Shown: piece after piece, positions 39,125 to 49,385 of the stretch
Numbering within the stretch: position 1 is the first letter of the stretch
Layout of the letters: each line of letters opens with the position of its first letter
Origin: Truepera sp.
Lineage (GTDB): Bacteria > Deinococcota > Deinococci > Deinococcales > Trueperaceae
DNA: 64,000 nucleotides
NCBI GenBank assembly: GCA_965218435.1
Contig: CBDCKW010000009.1
Location: 2,144,001-2,208,000 of the forward strand
Direction: 5' to 3'
Notes under the pieces: model-generated
What the model was told of the DNA's origin: nothing
Databases searched by the model: none
What the model saw: only the letters and a program-made list of their open reading frames with translations
Program-made: the position numbers and the translations under genes

Positions 39125-39868
39125 TTACTTGGCGACGATAACCGCCCAGTGCCGCCCTGTTCGGCCCCGGTCACGCCGATGCGAAAAAAAGCGTTCGGGG
39201 TCGGCGTAGGTACAAAGCCTACTCTCCCACAGATGTTCGGGCTTGACGCCGAGCCCCAGCAGCGCCCAGCGGTTGGCAGCCGCAACATCTAGCAGAAACC
39301 GCCCGGTGCCGTCCGGCTCATAGATAGATTCTGGAAACTCAGCTCTCCGAAACTCAGCGACGACCTCCGCGCCCACCTGATAGTTGGGTTTTGAGATCGC
39401 CGGACCGAACGCGACCCGCAGGTCAGGCGGGTCACTGCCGTAAAGCTCGATAAGTTTATGTACCGTCGCCGCAGCGATACCTTTTACGGTGCCGCGCCAG
39501 CCGCAGTGCGCCGCGCCGACCGCGCCGGTTACGGGGTCGTAAAAAAGGACAGGCAAGCAGTCGGCGGTGCTGATCACAAGGGCTAACCCCGGGGTATTTG
39601 ACACGGCTGCGTCCGCTTCTTCTACAAACCAGCTCGGTGCGCCCGTTAAAACCCGTGCTCCGTGAACCTGACTAAACGCACACGTGCTGTGCTCATCCGC
39701 GCCAAACAGCTCGAGCACGCGGCAGCGGTTCTCAGCGACGGGGGCTTCAGCGTCTCCGCTCGAGAGTCCCAGGTTAAGGCTCGAGTACGGCCCCTCACTG
39801 ACGCCGCCTACCCGGGTCGTAAACCCGTGTAAGACCGGAATATGAGGTGCTCGGAGCAAGTCCATCAT
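39125..39868 (-). CDS. pgeF: PgeF/YfiH family protein
   Basis: HGFTTRVGGVS, QVHG, TADCLPVL, HCGWRG and FFSHRR motifs. Confidence 0.92.
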   Translation of the reverse strand: MMDLLRAPHIPVLHGFTTRVGGVSEGPYSSLNLGLSSGDAEAPVAENRCRVLELFGADEHSTCAFSQVHGARVLTGAPSWFVEEADAAVSNTPGLALVISTADCLPVLFYDPVTGAVGAAHCGWRGTVKGIAAATVHKLIELYGSDPPDLRVAFGPAISKPNYQVGAEVVAEFRRAEFPESIYEPDGTGRFLLDVAAANRWALLGLGVKPEHLWESRLCTYADPERFFSHRRDRGRTGRHWAVIVAK

Positions 39869-40257
39869 GACGCCTCAGCCAACCAGACGAAAAACGCAAT
39901 CAGCACGAATTGCAGCGCCAACCGCCAAAAGAGCAGATACGCCGACAGGCCCTGAACCCCGACGCTGGCCAGGGCGAAGAGCATCTGCAGATGCACAAGC
40001 AAAAACGCGACCATCAGGAGCGCCAACCCATACGCTGCGGGCCGCCGGTAGCGCCGTAAAAAGAGGCCGACACCGCCCAAGATTTCTAAAATGCCGCTCA
40101 GCAGCACCCACAAGAGCGGCGCAGCGAACCACGGCGGCATAACCTGGACATAAAAGCCCGGTCGGACAAAGTGCAGCGTACCCGCCAAAACAAAGATGAT
40201 CCCGGTTACGGTGCGAATAACAGTGCGAAGCGTAGCCTTCATTCCTGACCCTATCAT
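39865..40257 (-). CDS. DoxX-like membrane protein
   Basis: AGTLHFVRPGFY..MPPW..SGILEILGG; four hydrophobic segments. Confidence 0.8.
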   Translation of the reverse strand: MIGSGMKATLRTVIRTVTGIIFVLAGTLHFVRPGFYVQVMPPWFAAPLLWVLLSGILEILGGVGLFLRRYRRPAAYGLALLMVAFLLVHLQMLFALASVGVQGLSAYLLFWRLALQFVLIAFFVWLAEAS

Positions 40258-40526
40258 TGCAGGAGCAAATTGCTCTCGGCCAGTAGTAGCGCAAGTTTAC
40301 GCGCCCGCGAAAACCGTTTAATTGCCGCTTCGCGTTTAAGGGCGGCACTCTGGGTGGGGGCGTCCTCAAGGTATACCAGCACGCCGGGGCCGTTACGCCG
40401 CACATACGCCGCGCCGCGCCCGCTGTTATGGGCTTTTAGACGGCGCGTTACGTCGGTAGTCACGCCCGTATAAAGCGTACCCCCGGCGCAGCGCAAGATG
40501 TAGATTTGCCAGTTGGGGTTTTTCAC
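40254..40526 (-). CDS. GIY-YIG nuclease (UPF0213/YhbQ-like)
   Basis: IYILRC..LYTGVTTDVTRRLKAHN..ALKREAAIK motif. Confidence 0.92.
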   Translation of the reverse strand: MKNPNWQIYILRCAGGTLYTGVTTDVTRRLKAHNSGRGAAYVRRNGPGVLVYLEDAPTQSAALKREAAIKRFSRARKLALLLAESNLLLQ

Positions 40527-40773
40527 CCGCGCAGGTGAAACGCTGCGTTTACAAAAAGCTCCGACCCCGGATAGTAAGAACCGGAGCCTATAGCACCGTC
40601 AAGTGGTGAAGCCAAAAATGAAGTTGGGCCGGTCGTTGGGTCGTCTTGGTCTCGCTGAAAGCGCCCTAGCGGTGTGCTCACCTCAGGAGCATACCAAGAC
40701 TTTTAGCAAATTTTTTAGAGCTGGGGCCGCACGCTCCCCTTACCTTTTAGCGCCGCCGCCTATGCGAAACTAG

Positions 40774-42204
40774 GTGGACATGAACATCTCCGCAGACGTC
40801 TTTGGCCGAGTTATCACGACTGTCTTTTGTCTCTTGATTACCTTCGGAACTGCCCAGACCGCACCTACTCAGGACAGCCTGACTCCGGCAGACGCTCATC
40901 CGGCAGACGCTCAGACGCTTACAGACAAGGTGACGCCGCAGGGCATCCGCGCACATATGGCGGCCCTACAAAGGGTCGCGGACACGCACGGGGGCAACCG
41001 CGCCGCCGGAACGCCGGGATACGCAGCGTCGGTACGCTACGCCGAACAGACGCTGCGGGCAGCGGGTTATACGGTGCAGCGGCAGCCCTTTACGGTGACG
41101 TTGACCAAGACATTGGCTGAAACCGGGCACACCACAGGTAAAGGTGTGAGTGAAGCGTCATTTGACCCTAACGTGATGGCGGGCTCACCCAATACAGCGG
41201 TGGGCGGCCTCACGGCAGCCTTGGTGCTACCCGAAGACCCCCTCGGCTGCACGGCTGAAACCGAGAGACGGGCTGGTATTCAAAACAAGTTGCGCGGCGC
41301 GGTCGTGCTTATCAAACGCGGTAGCTGCACCTTTGCCCAAAAATCACGAAATGCCGCTGCTGCAGGTGCGGTCGCCGCACTGATCTATAACGATGAGCAG
41401 GACGGTCCCCTTTTTGGGTCGCTCGGTGACGCGCCTGAACCCGACGTTGTTCCGACCGCGGGTTTAACCCAAAAGATGGGCAAACAGCTGGTAGAGAGGC
41501 TCAAACGCGAGACGGTGAGGGTGAGGCTCGAGCTCCGCGTTTCACGGATGACCCGCAGAACGGCCAACGTCATTGCCGAACTTCCCGGTACGGCTCAAAG
41601 CGTCGTCATGGTCGGGGCTCACCTCGACTCGGTACCTGGAGGCCCCGGTATCAACGACAACGGCAGCGGCGTCGGACTGGTTTTAGAGCTTGCTCGAGGA
41701 CTAGCCCAAGAACAAGGAGTACGTTTCGCTCTCTGGGGCGCTGAAGAACTCGGTTTGTTAGGTTCAGAGCATTATATCGGCAGCCTCTCCCCCGCCGAGC
41801 TAAAAACTATTCGGGCGTATCTGAACTTCGACATGCTCAGCTCACGGAACGCTGCCCCCTTCGCTTACGGCGACCCGGCGCTGACCGAGCTGTTTACGGA
41901 AACTTTTGCGGCGCAGGGCCTGACGCTGCTGCCCGACGCTGTGGGCGGTAGGTCCGACCACGCCCCTTTCGAGGCGGCGGGCGTCCCGGTGGCGGGGCTG
42001 TTTAGCGGCGCGGAAGGGCTTAAACCGGAGGGTGAGGTCAACCGTTATGGGGGTGACGCGGCTCCTTACGACGCGTGTTATCACCGGGCGTGCGACACCT
42101 TGAAGAGCTCGAGCACGCCCACCGCGACCCGTTATTTAGACCTTATGGCCGGCGCTGCCGCCGACGCGCTAGAGCACCTACTTAGCCAGCAAACGACCGA
42201 GTAG
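40774..42204 (+). CDS. Secreted M28 aminopeptidase with PA domain
   Basis: GAHLDSV, GINDNGSG, WGAEELGLLGS, RSDHAPF and YHRACD motifs. Confidence 0.92.
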   Translation: MDMNISADVFGRVITTVFCLLITFGTAQTAPTQDSLTPADAHPADAQTLTDKVTPQGIRAHMAALQRVADTHGGNRAAGTPGYAASVRYAEQTLRAAGYTVQRQPFTVTLTKTLAETGHTTGKGVSEASFDPNVMAGSPNTAVGGLTAALVLPEDPLGCTAETERRAGIQNKLRGAVVLIKRGSCTFAQKSRNAAAAGAVAALIYNDEQDGPLFGSLGDAPEPDVVPTAGLTQKMGKQLVERLKRETVRVRLELRVSRMTRRTANVIAELPGTAQSVVMVGAHLDSVPGGPGINDNGSGVGLVLELARGLAQEQGVRFALWGAEELGLLGSEHYIGSLSPAELKTIRAYLNFDMLSSRNAAPFAYGDPALTELFTETFAAQGLTLLPDAVGGRSDHAPFEAAGVPVAGLFSGAEGLKPEGEVNRYGGDAAPYDACYHRACDTLKSSSTPTATRYLDLMAGAAADALEHLLSQQTTE

Positions 42205-42419
42205 CTTCAGAGTAGTTAGCACCGGTTCAACTTCCAGAAGCTATTTCAAACCTCTTTTTGTGCCCTCAACGAGCTGCGCTGGGTCTTGGTCTTTTTGAGT
42301 ACATGAGAACCGCTGTTCTTTTGAGCGAGCTACCGGCTAGGTTCTTTATGCTGACTGCTTGCTGCTGAATGACACGCTGCCACTCGAGCCGAGTCTGCCG
42401 AGTCTAAGGTCAACCAAAC

Positions 42420-43766
42420 CTAGTCGGTCGCTGCAGGTCTGAGCTCGGTAGAAGAGGTCTCGAGCGCCTGTAACCGCCCCAGTACAGCACGGCTCGAGTA
42501 CGCCAGCCAGAGCACCTGGGCGGCGCTTCCGGCAACGAAGGCCACGGTGACCACATAAAGCCCTGGGAACCTCCCGAAGAGCGCCCCGCCCCCGAGCAGC
42601 AGCACGCTAAACAAGAGCGAGACCAAGACCGACTGCGTGACGCGCTGCGTCTCACCGCTGTAGACCAAAATACCCTGATAGTAGCTCTGGTAGATCGTCA
42701 GTGCAGGCCACGCGCAGGCGAGTAAAAGACCGGTGCTCGCCAAAGAGACCAGCTCCGGTTTAAGGCTCAAAATGACGCCGAAATAGCCCCGAGCGAGGGG
42801 TGTAAGCGCCACGAAGAGCAGCAGGGCGCTCATCAGACCCGCGCTGAGGAGCGCAAAGCGGCGCAGGCTCCGCAACGCCCCAGGGGTCTCGAGGCTCGCA
42901 ACCACCACCTCGTTATAGGCCATGCCCATCCCCCGAAACAGAAAGATAAACGACGCCAGCACCGGCCACGCCGCCAAGGACTCGAGGGCCAGTGGCATCC
43001 GGCTGAGCGCCGCGCTCCCAAGCGGTTGGACGAGTAGGAGAAGCAGACTCGTCAGGGCCAGCGGCGTATAAAACCGTGAAAAGACCGGCCGGGTGAGCGG
43101 CTCCGGTTCGCCCTCGGCGCTATCAGGCAACCCGTAACGAACGATGGGCCGCACCCGCACCCCGATAAAAAGCGCCTCGGCAACCACCCCGGTCACAACG
43201 CCCAGGGTGCCGATAACGATGCCCGGTGCGCGCAGCGCCAGCCCTAGTGCGCACCCCAGCAAAATCGCACCGAGCCGGATAACCGTCCCGATACTGACGG
43301 TCAGCGAACGGTTGTTACGAATCAGCACGCCTTGGTGAAAGCGGCGGTAGGCGATAGACCAGGTAAAGGGCAACATGATCATCAGCCCCCAACGAGCCGG
43401 TTCGACGACCTCAGCGGGCGGTTGTAACAGCCGGACGATCACCAGATCATAGAGCGGCGTAAAGGCCAACAGACCGTGCAGCACCGTCAGGCTTAGGCCG
43501 GAGAGCATCATAAAGCGGTAGATAAACCGGTACGAGTCTTTGGTTCTAGAGAGCGCGGTCGAAGCGGTAAGCAGCATCATAATGGGCGCTTCGATCAACC
43601 ATGAAAGCGGAAACACCACGCCGCCCAGCGCCGCGAGTTGAACCGTCGGGTCAGCCAGCCGCGCAATTAGCGCCCCGACCAGAGGCTGCTCGACGCTCAT
43701 AAAAAGCCAGCTTGCAGCCAGCGGCCACCAGGTTACAAAAATAGCGCGGAGAGGAAGCGGACGCAT
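42420..43766 (-). CDS. MATE-like membrane transporter
   Basis: Many hydrophobic helices with two-fold internal repeat (WWPLAASWLF / YTPLALTSLL); likely ATG at 43766. Confidence 0.75.
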   Translation of the reverse strand: MRPLPLRAIFVTWWPLAASWLFMSVEQPLVGALIARLADPTVQLAALGGVVFPLSWLIEAPIMMLLTASTALSRTKDSYRFIYRFMMLSGLSLTVLHGLLAFTPLYDLVIVRLLQPPAEVVEPARWGLMIMLPFTWSIAYRRFHQGVLIRNNRSLTVSIGTVIRLGAILLGCALGLALRAPGIVIGTLGVVTGVVAEALFIGVRVRPIVRYGLPDSAEGEPEPLTRPVFSRFYTPLALTSLLLLLVQPLGSAALSRMPLALESLAAWPVLASFIFLFRGMGMAYNEVVVASLETPGALRSLRRFALLSAGLMSALLLFVALTPLARGYFGVILSLKPELVSLASTGLLLACAWPALTIYQSYYQGILVYSGETQRVTQSVLVSLLFSVLLLGGGALFGRFPGLYVVTVAFVAGSAAQVLWLAYSSRAVLGRLQALETSSTELRPAATD

Positions 43767-44168
43767 ACGCTTAAGCCTACCCAACCGGGAGCAGCCGACC
43801 TGCAAAAGCGCGATACATAACCCGCCGCATTCTCACACCGATGACCCGCAACCAGCTGTGTTTATAATAAGCAGAGGTCTAGTACTTAGGACGCAAGGAG
43901 GTCTAGCACCTGGTACATCAAGTGCTGCTACGCCAGATGTTGCTACGCCAGGTGCAGTGCGGGCAAAAAACGAACTCAGTTGTAGCTCGTAAGGTTGACT
44001 TCGTGTGCTTGCAAGCTGGGGTGATGTTACTCAGCCACCTGTTACTCAGACGCCAAGTATCTAAGTAACAAGTAGACGGGGCAGTAAGCTGCAAAAAGCC
44101 GCGCGTTAGCGTTTAGAACCTTTTTGTAGGGCGCTTTTACCGGTAAGAAACTGTAGGAAGGTGCTGAC

Positions 44169-45110
44169 TTGCACACCAAAGTAACACTTCATGGGCTCGA
44201 GCTCTACCGGGCGGGCAGCTACGCCGAGACGGTTCGTTCACGTAGCGGCGAGGTCGGTTTACGCGTCACCGAACCGGGCCTCGAGCTGATGGAAGGCCGG
44301 TTAGAAGCGGGCGAACGCCTGACAATTTTGCCACCGAATTTCGACGGACTCACCGGCCCTGAGAGCTACACCGAAGTCTATTATGTGCTGGCAGGCCGGT
44401 TAAAAACCGGTGCGGCCAAAGCCGAGTTCTTGGGGCCGGGGGACGTGCTCGTCGCCCATGAGCTGCAAGAACCGGTGATCTTTACTGTAGAACGCGACGT
44501 TACCTTTTTGTGTGTCACGACTCAACCTACATTTCACGAAGTGTCGGAGATTTTACGAGAGCTTAAAAGCCTAGCTGACAAAGTTGAGCTCAAAGACAAA
44601 GGGTCTTCGGACCACTGCAAACGGGTCCGCGAACTCGCGCTGCAGATGGGCCGACGCTTGGGGCTGTCCGACCACCGCCTCCTGCTTCTTGACTATAGCG
44701 CGTACCTGCACGACCTCGGCAAAGTCGAGGTACCCGCAGACATCCTCTTAAAACCCGGCGCACTCAGCGCCACAGAGTGGGCGATCATCAAGCAGCATCC
44801 GGCGCACGGCAGAGAAATGGTTGAAAAGACCTTTATGCACGAGATCGGGCCGATTATCGAACAGCACCACGAACGCTTTGACGGCGGCGGTTACCCCTAT
44901 GGTTTAGCGGGTGACGACGTCTTGATTGAGAGTTATATCGTGGCTGTGGCCGACGCTTATGACGCGATGACCAACGACCGTCCCTATCACACGGCGATCT
45001 CTAAACTTCAAGCGGTAGCCGAAATTGTGAGGGGAAGTAATAGCCGCTACCCGATAGACGTGGTTCAGGCTTTTTTAGATAGTTTAGACAATTTAGGCAA
45101 TATCGTGTAA
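44169..45110 (+). CDS. Cupin-like + HD-GYP phosphodiesterase
   Basis: EVYYVLAG..LGPGD (cupin-like), LHDLGK, HHERFDGGGYPYG and ADAYDAMT motifs. Confidence 0.88.
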   Translation: MHTKVTLHGLELYRAGSYAETVRSRSGEVGLRVTEPGLELMEGRLEAGERLTILPPNFDGLTGPESYTEVYYVLAGRLKTGAAKAEFLGPGDVLVAHELQEPVIFTVERDVTFLCVTTQPTFHEVSEILRELKSLADKVELKDKGSSDHCKRVRELALQMGRRLGLSDHRLLLLDYSAYLHDLGKVEVPADILLKPGALSATEWAIIKQHPAHGREMVEKTFMHEIGPIIEQHHERFDGGGYPYGLAGDDVLIESYIVAVADAYDAMTNDRPYHTAISKLQAVAEIVRGSNSRYPIDVVQAFLDSLDNLGNIV

Positions 45111-45268
45111 ACTACATGAGCGTTGGAGTAACTGTCTGAGCAATCACCGTACTGAGAGCCAATCCTGCAGCTACCGTCTCAGGAAATAGCTAAACGCTTT
45201 ACCCTCTCAGAACTGCTTAAACCAGCTCCGAACGCTTGCGATCAGGTAGCTGCCGCGCTGGGGGAAAC

Positions 45269-45586
45269 ATGCTTAAACGCTCGGTACTAGCCCTAAGTTT
45301 CGTCCTTCTCATTCTCACGGGTTGTCAAGTGCAGCCAAAGTCATCCCTCGAGCCCATTGATTACGATCCTAGTCAAGACGTTTACGTCGTTTTTCACGGA
45401 GAGCACTTCGACGACGCCACCAAATTCTTGCCGGCTGAACTTATCAGCGAGTTAGCCTTTGATTTGCAAGAGGGCACCCACGACAACATCACTGACGTGT
45501 CGGGTGCCGAAGTTGACCACTACTACATCTGGCTCTGTTTAGCCGACGCCTGTTTACCTGTTGACCCGTTTACCTTTAGCAGTTAG
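45269..45586 (+). CDS. Small lipoprotein of unknown function
   Basis: MLKRSVLALSFVLLILTG-C lipobox. Confidence 0.7.
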   Translation: MLKRSVLALSFVLLILTGCQVQPKSSLEPIDYDPSQDVYVVFHGEHFDDATKFLPAELISELAFDLQEGTHDNITDVSGAEVDHYYIWLCLADACLPVDPFTFSS

Positions 45587-45604
45587 CCTGAATTAAGGCT
45601 TAGC

Positions 45605-45639
45605 GAAGGGGGCTCGAGTTCGCTCGACCCCCTCTTTTT
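45605..45639. terminator. Intrinsic terminator between convergent genes
   Basis: GGGGGCTCGAG-TTCG-CTCGACCCCC followed by TCTTTTT. Confidence 0.7.
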
Positions 45640-45652
45640 GGCATAATCTTCG

Positions 45653-47080
45653 CTATAACATCAGCTTTGCACCGGGTTCAACAACCTCAGGTAGCTCTAA
45701 CCCCTGCAAATCTTCAGCACAGAGCGCCGTTAGCGGGCTAATTTCTATCACGGCGTCTACTTCACCGTCTTTATAGGGGATGTTGACGCCGCACGCCTCC
45801 AACCAGTGCGCGGCCCGTAAAGTCTGCAGTTTTTGGCTGCTCTGGGGTGAGTCGTTGCCTTCGGCATTTTTAATCGGCGCAAACTCTTCGACCCGGTCGG
45901 TTTCTAAGATAATGCTGCGGGCCGCTAACGGCAGCGCGTCGAAGATAAAGCGCTCGAGCTTAACCGCGTTAGGCGCAGCCGGGTTGACGCGTTCGCCGGT
46001 AGTCGGGTTGATATAAGGCACAGCTTTTTCAGCGCGGTGAAAAGGGAGCCCCAAGCGGTCGCCTTTGCCTTTGGTCAGCCGCCGCGCGAACGCGACTGAG
46101 ATCATGTGAATAGCTACCGAACCCGCACCGAATTTGAGCGCCCCAGCTTCGTCTTTTAGTACGGCGAGCGCATCGGGCAAATCCGAGTATTCGATCACAC
46201 AGGGCTTGCCGTCGTCTACACAAAAAACGCCGACTTTTTCTTTAGGATTCGCCTTACGGAGCATTTTGGATGACATCTCCGCGCCGTTCTCGGCGTGTAG
46301 ACCAACAAAGAGCGGGTCAATGCAGTGTACATTTGGGTTGTCCACCTGAAAGTACGAGATTTGCGTGACGCCGCGCCGGATCATATCATCGAGCGCACCG
46401 TTTTTAGCAAGCGCACTGAGGCTGCCGCCGTGCCCGTCCGGATTCGTCGCCAGCGCGTATTTCTCGGCAAGTAGCAGGTTCCCAGCAGGGCTAAAACTCG
46501 GCATCATCCCCTGCCGAAACAGCTTGACGTTTTCGTAAGCCAAGCCGAAATAGTCGTGCGCTTCGAAAAAGTCTTGCGTCACCGCGTGGTTGGTTTCGCT
46601 GGTCATGATGTACCAAGGCACCGGCGCACCGAACAGCTCTTGGGTTTTGCGGAGCTGTTCGGCGAAGAGCTGAAAGAGCGATTTGCGGCTCAGCGGCGTC
46701 GCCGGAAAGGTGCCTTTGGGGTCGTCCCACCCTAAACGCGTACCTTGCCCGCCCGCAACCGTAAAGGCGGCGACCTGACCGGCGCGGATGAGCATCTCAC
46801 CAAAAGCGCGGGCGCGGCTGTACACGGCTGGGTTCTCAGGCGTAAACGCGTAGTAAGGGGCAGGCTCGAGCGACTCAGGGACGCTCATATCGGGTTTTTG
46901 CCGGACATGCGTCTCGACGAGTTCAGCGAGGTAGTCCCAGTTGAGCGCCGTGAGCTGGTCTAAAAGTGCGGCCTGCTGCTGCTTTGTAAGCTCAGAATAA
47001 AAGTTCAGCAGCTGTTCTTGCTTGTTCGTTGTTAGAAGTTGCCGAACCTCTCCCAGCCTACTTGTGGTCGTTTCACCCAT
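45653..47080 (-). CDS. UDPGP-family UDP-N-acetylhexosamine pyrophosphorylase
   Basis: AGGQGTRLG..PKG, PDGHGG, QVDNP, IEYSD, KLERFIFD and EFAPIKNA motifs. Confidence 0.9.
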   Translation of the reverse strand: MGETTTSRLGEVRQLLTTNKQEQLLNFYSELTKQQQAALLDQLTALNWDYLAELVETHVRQKPDMSVPESLEPAPYYAFTPENPAVYSRARAFGEMLIRAGQVAAFTVAGGQGTRLGWDDPKGTFPATPLSRKSLFQLFAEQLRKTQELFGAPVPWYIMTSETNHAVTQDFFEAHDYFGLAYENVKLFRQGMMPSFSPAGNLLLAEKYALATNPDGHGGSLSALAKNGALDDMIRRGVTQISYFQVDNPNVHCIDPLFVGLHAENGAEMSSKMLRKANPKEKVGVFCVDDGKPCVIEYSDLPDALAVLKDEAGALKFGAGSVAIHMISVAFARRLTKGKGDRLGLPFHRAEKAVPYINPTTGERVNPAAPNAVKLERFIFDALPLAARSIILETDRVEEFAPIKNAEGNDSPQSSQKLQTLRAAHWLEACGVNIPYKDGEVDAVIEISPLTALCAEDLQGLELPEVVEPGAKLML

Positions 47081-47387
47081 CCCGTCCCCTCGAGTCTTAC
47101 ACAGTTTTTTGTCTATCTTATACCGTCTTAAGTGCTGTTGCCTTTTATAAGGTCGCCTTGCTAAGGCTTGCTCCGGCAGTTTAACGCAGCGCCTTGGGTT
47201 AAGTGTGTACGTTTAGCCCAGAACGGCCCATGACTTTTTTCGCATATTTGCAGACGTCTCGCTTTTACCAAGGTCGTCTTTTTGTTTCAGCTCTCAGGGC
47301 CGAGCGTAACCGTAAAAGCTCGGCTCCAGTCCGCCCCAGGTCGTGCCCACGCCGAAACCACCTTCCGAGTGGCGCTACAATACCCTT

Positions 47388-48536
47388 ATGACCGTCTCAA
47401 CCCCCGCCGACTTCCGCGTCCAAGACGCCGCGCTGTTGCCTTTAGCCGACAAAGTTTTAGCGGGGCAGCGGCTCACTTTTGCCGAAGGGATGACGCTCTT
47501 TCATACACCCGACCTGCCGAGCGTCGCCCGCTTAGCCGACGCGGTGCGGAGGCGTTTGGTCGGCGACCAAGCCTACTTCGTCCACTCGCTCAGGCTCTCG
47601 CAGACGAACGTCTGCTACGTCGGCTGCACTTTTTGCGGTTTTCAGCGTAAACTCGGCGAAGCGGGCGTTTGGGACATGGAACTAGGCGACGTTTGGGCGT
47701 ATGTAGACGAGCACTATCACCCCGACCTGACTGAGATTCACATCTCGTCGGGGCACCATCCGAAGCGGAAGTTCGACTACTACCTGGATTTGGTGCGCGG
47801 CCTGACTGAGCGCGGCTATCAGGTCAAAGCGTGGACGGCGGCGGAAATCCACCACTTCAGCAAGATCACCCGGCCCCGTATGAGCTACCGTGAGGTTTTG
47901 AGCGAGCTTAAAGCTGCTGGGCTGATTGCGCTACCGGGCGGCGGCGCGGAGATTTTTGCCGAACCGGTGCGGCAGCGTATCGCGCGGGCCAAAGTGACGG
48001 CGGAAGGGTGGCTCGAGGTTCACCGCACCGCCCATGAGTTGGGCCTCCCCACCAACGCCACGATGCTTTACGGCCACGTCGAAACCTTAGAAGACCGCAT
48101 GGACCACATGCTCCGGCTGCGCACGCTACAAGACGAAACCGGCGGCTTTATGTCGTTTATCCCGCTTGCCTTTCAGCCTGATAACAATGACCTGGCCCGC
48201 GAACTCAATAAAAGCGAATTTACGACCGGTTTGGACGACCTGCGCAACCTAGCGGTCGCCCGCATCATGCTCGACAACGTGCCGCATATTAAGGGCTACT
48301 GGATTATGATCACGCCCGAACTGGCGCAGGTGACGCTCTCGGCGGGTGTCTCCGACATTGACGGCACCATCAAAGACGAACGCATTGCGCACGCGTCGGG
48401 AGCCTCGACGGACAAAGGGATGACCGAAGCGCAACTGGTGCAGCTGATTCAAGATGCAGGGCGAGTTCCGGTGCGGCGTGACGCGCTTTACAATGAACTC
48501 AAGGTTTTTGAACGTGAACCAGCTCTCGCCGGTTAG
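47388..48536 (+). CDS. mqnE: Aminofutalosine synthase (radical SAM)
   Basis: CYVGCTFC, LPGGGAEIF, NATMLYGHVE and HIKGYW motifs; adjacent to mqnA. Confidence 0.88.
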   Translation: MTVSTPADFRVQDAALLPLADKVLAGQRLTFAEGMTLFHTPDLPSVARLADAVRRRLVGDQAYFVHSLRLSQTNVCYVGCTFCGFQRKLGEAGVWDMELGDVWAYVDEHYHPDLTEIHISSGHHPKRKFDYYLDLVRGLTERGYQVKAWTAAEIHHFSKITRPRMSYREVLSELKAAGLIALPGGGAEIFAEPVRQRIARAKVTAEGWLEVHRTAHELGLPTNATMLYGHVETLEDRMDHMLRLRTLQDETGGFMSFIPLAFQPDNNDLARELNKSEFTTGLDDLRNLAVARIMLDNVPHIKGYWIMITPELAQVTLSAGVSDIDGTIKDERIAHASGASTDKGMTEAQLVQLIQDAGRVPVRRDALYNELKVFEREPALAG

Positions 48537-49353
48537 CCCAAACAAGATACAGACCGAGCGCCTCGGCATCGTCTCTTATACGAACGTTGCGCCGCTGCAC
48601 TGGGGTCTTGCGCCGTGGCCCGGAGCCTCATTCGTCCGGGGTGTGCCGACTGAACTCAACCGGCAGCTTCTAAACGGTGAGATTGACCTGACACTGGTCT
48701 CCTCCATCGAATTTTTACGGCACCGCGACACGCTGCGGTCGCTACCCGATTTTTCAATTGCGACACTCGGCCCGGTCTACAGCGTGATGCTCTTTCACTG
48801 GGAGCCGTGGGAAAGCTTGACGGGTAAAAAAATCGCCCTCACGACCGATTCAGCGACGAGCGTCCAACTCTTAAAGGTTTTGCTTGCCGGAACTGGCATT
48901 GACGCCGAGTTCGTCCCAATGGCCCCTGATTTAGACACGATGTTAAAAACTTGTGACGCGGCGCTCCTGATTGGCGACTTGGCGCTGCAAGAAGCCGTCG
49001 CCAAACGCGCCGTCAACGGTCACAAGCCGCTCATCACCGATCTCGGCGAAGCGTGGTACGAGCTGACCAAACTACCTTTTACCTTTGCGGTGTGGGCGTC
49101 GCGTCAAGACAAACCGCCCTCAGAGCTTTTAGTCGCTAAGTTGCGCGCGGCGCGTGAACACGGCTTAGGCGAATTGGCCGCTGTGTCGCGCCCCGAAGCG
49201 GTTAAGCTGGGTGTGTCGGAGAGTGTGGTGCAGCGGTATCTGGGGAACTTTCGGTATTACCTCGAGCCCCCCGACCGCGACGGGCTGTTAGCGTTTGCCG
49301 AACGGAGCCTCGCAGGATTTCGGGAAGACGAGCTGAGTTTTTGGAATCTCTAA
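48514..49353 (+). CDS. mqnA: Chorismate dehydratase (futalosine pathway)
   Basis: VSYTNVAPL, GPVYSV, SATSV, LLIGD and LPFTFAVW motifs; start uncertain. Confidence 0.88.
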   Translation: MNQLSPVSPNKIQTERLGIVSYTNVAPLHWGLAPWPGASFVRGVPTELNRQLLNGEIDLTLVSSIEFLRHRDTLRSLPDFSIATLGPVYSVMLFHWEPWESLTGKKIALTTDSATSVQLLKVLLAGTGIDAEFVPMAPDLDTMLKTCDAALLIGDLALQEAVAKRAVNGHKPLITDLGEAWYELTKLPFTFAVWASRQDKPPSELLVAKLRAAREHGLGELAAVSRPEAVKLGVSESVVQRYLGNFRYYLEPPDRDGLLAFAERSLAGFREDELSFWNL

Positions 49354-49385
49354 AAGCCGCTAGACGGTCAAGCGGAGGGCGGTAC

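Noticed and set aside
43870..43930. GGACGCAA upstream of the HD-GYP gene resembling a c-di-GMP-I riboswitch
   Set aside because: Lacks the upstream GGCAAAC and GAAA-tetraloop stem.
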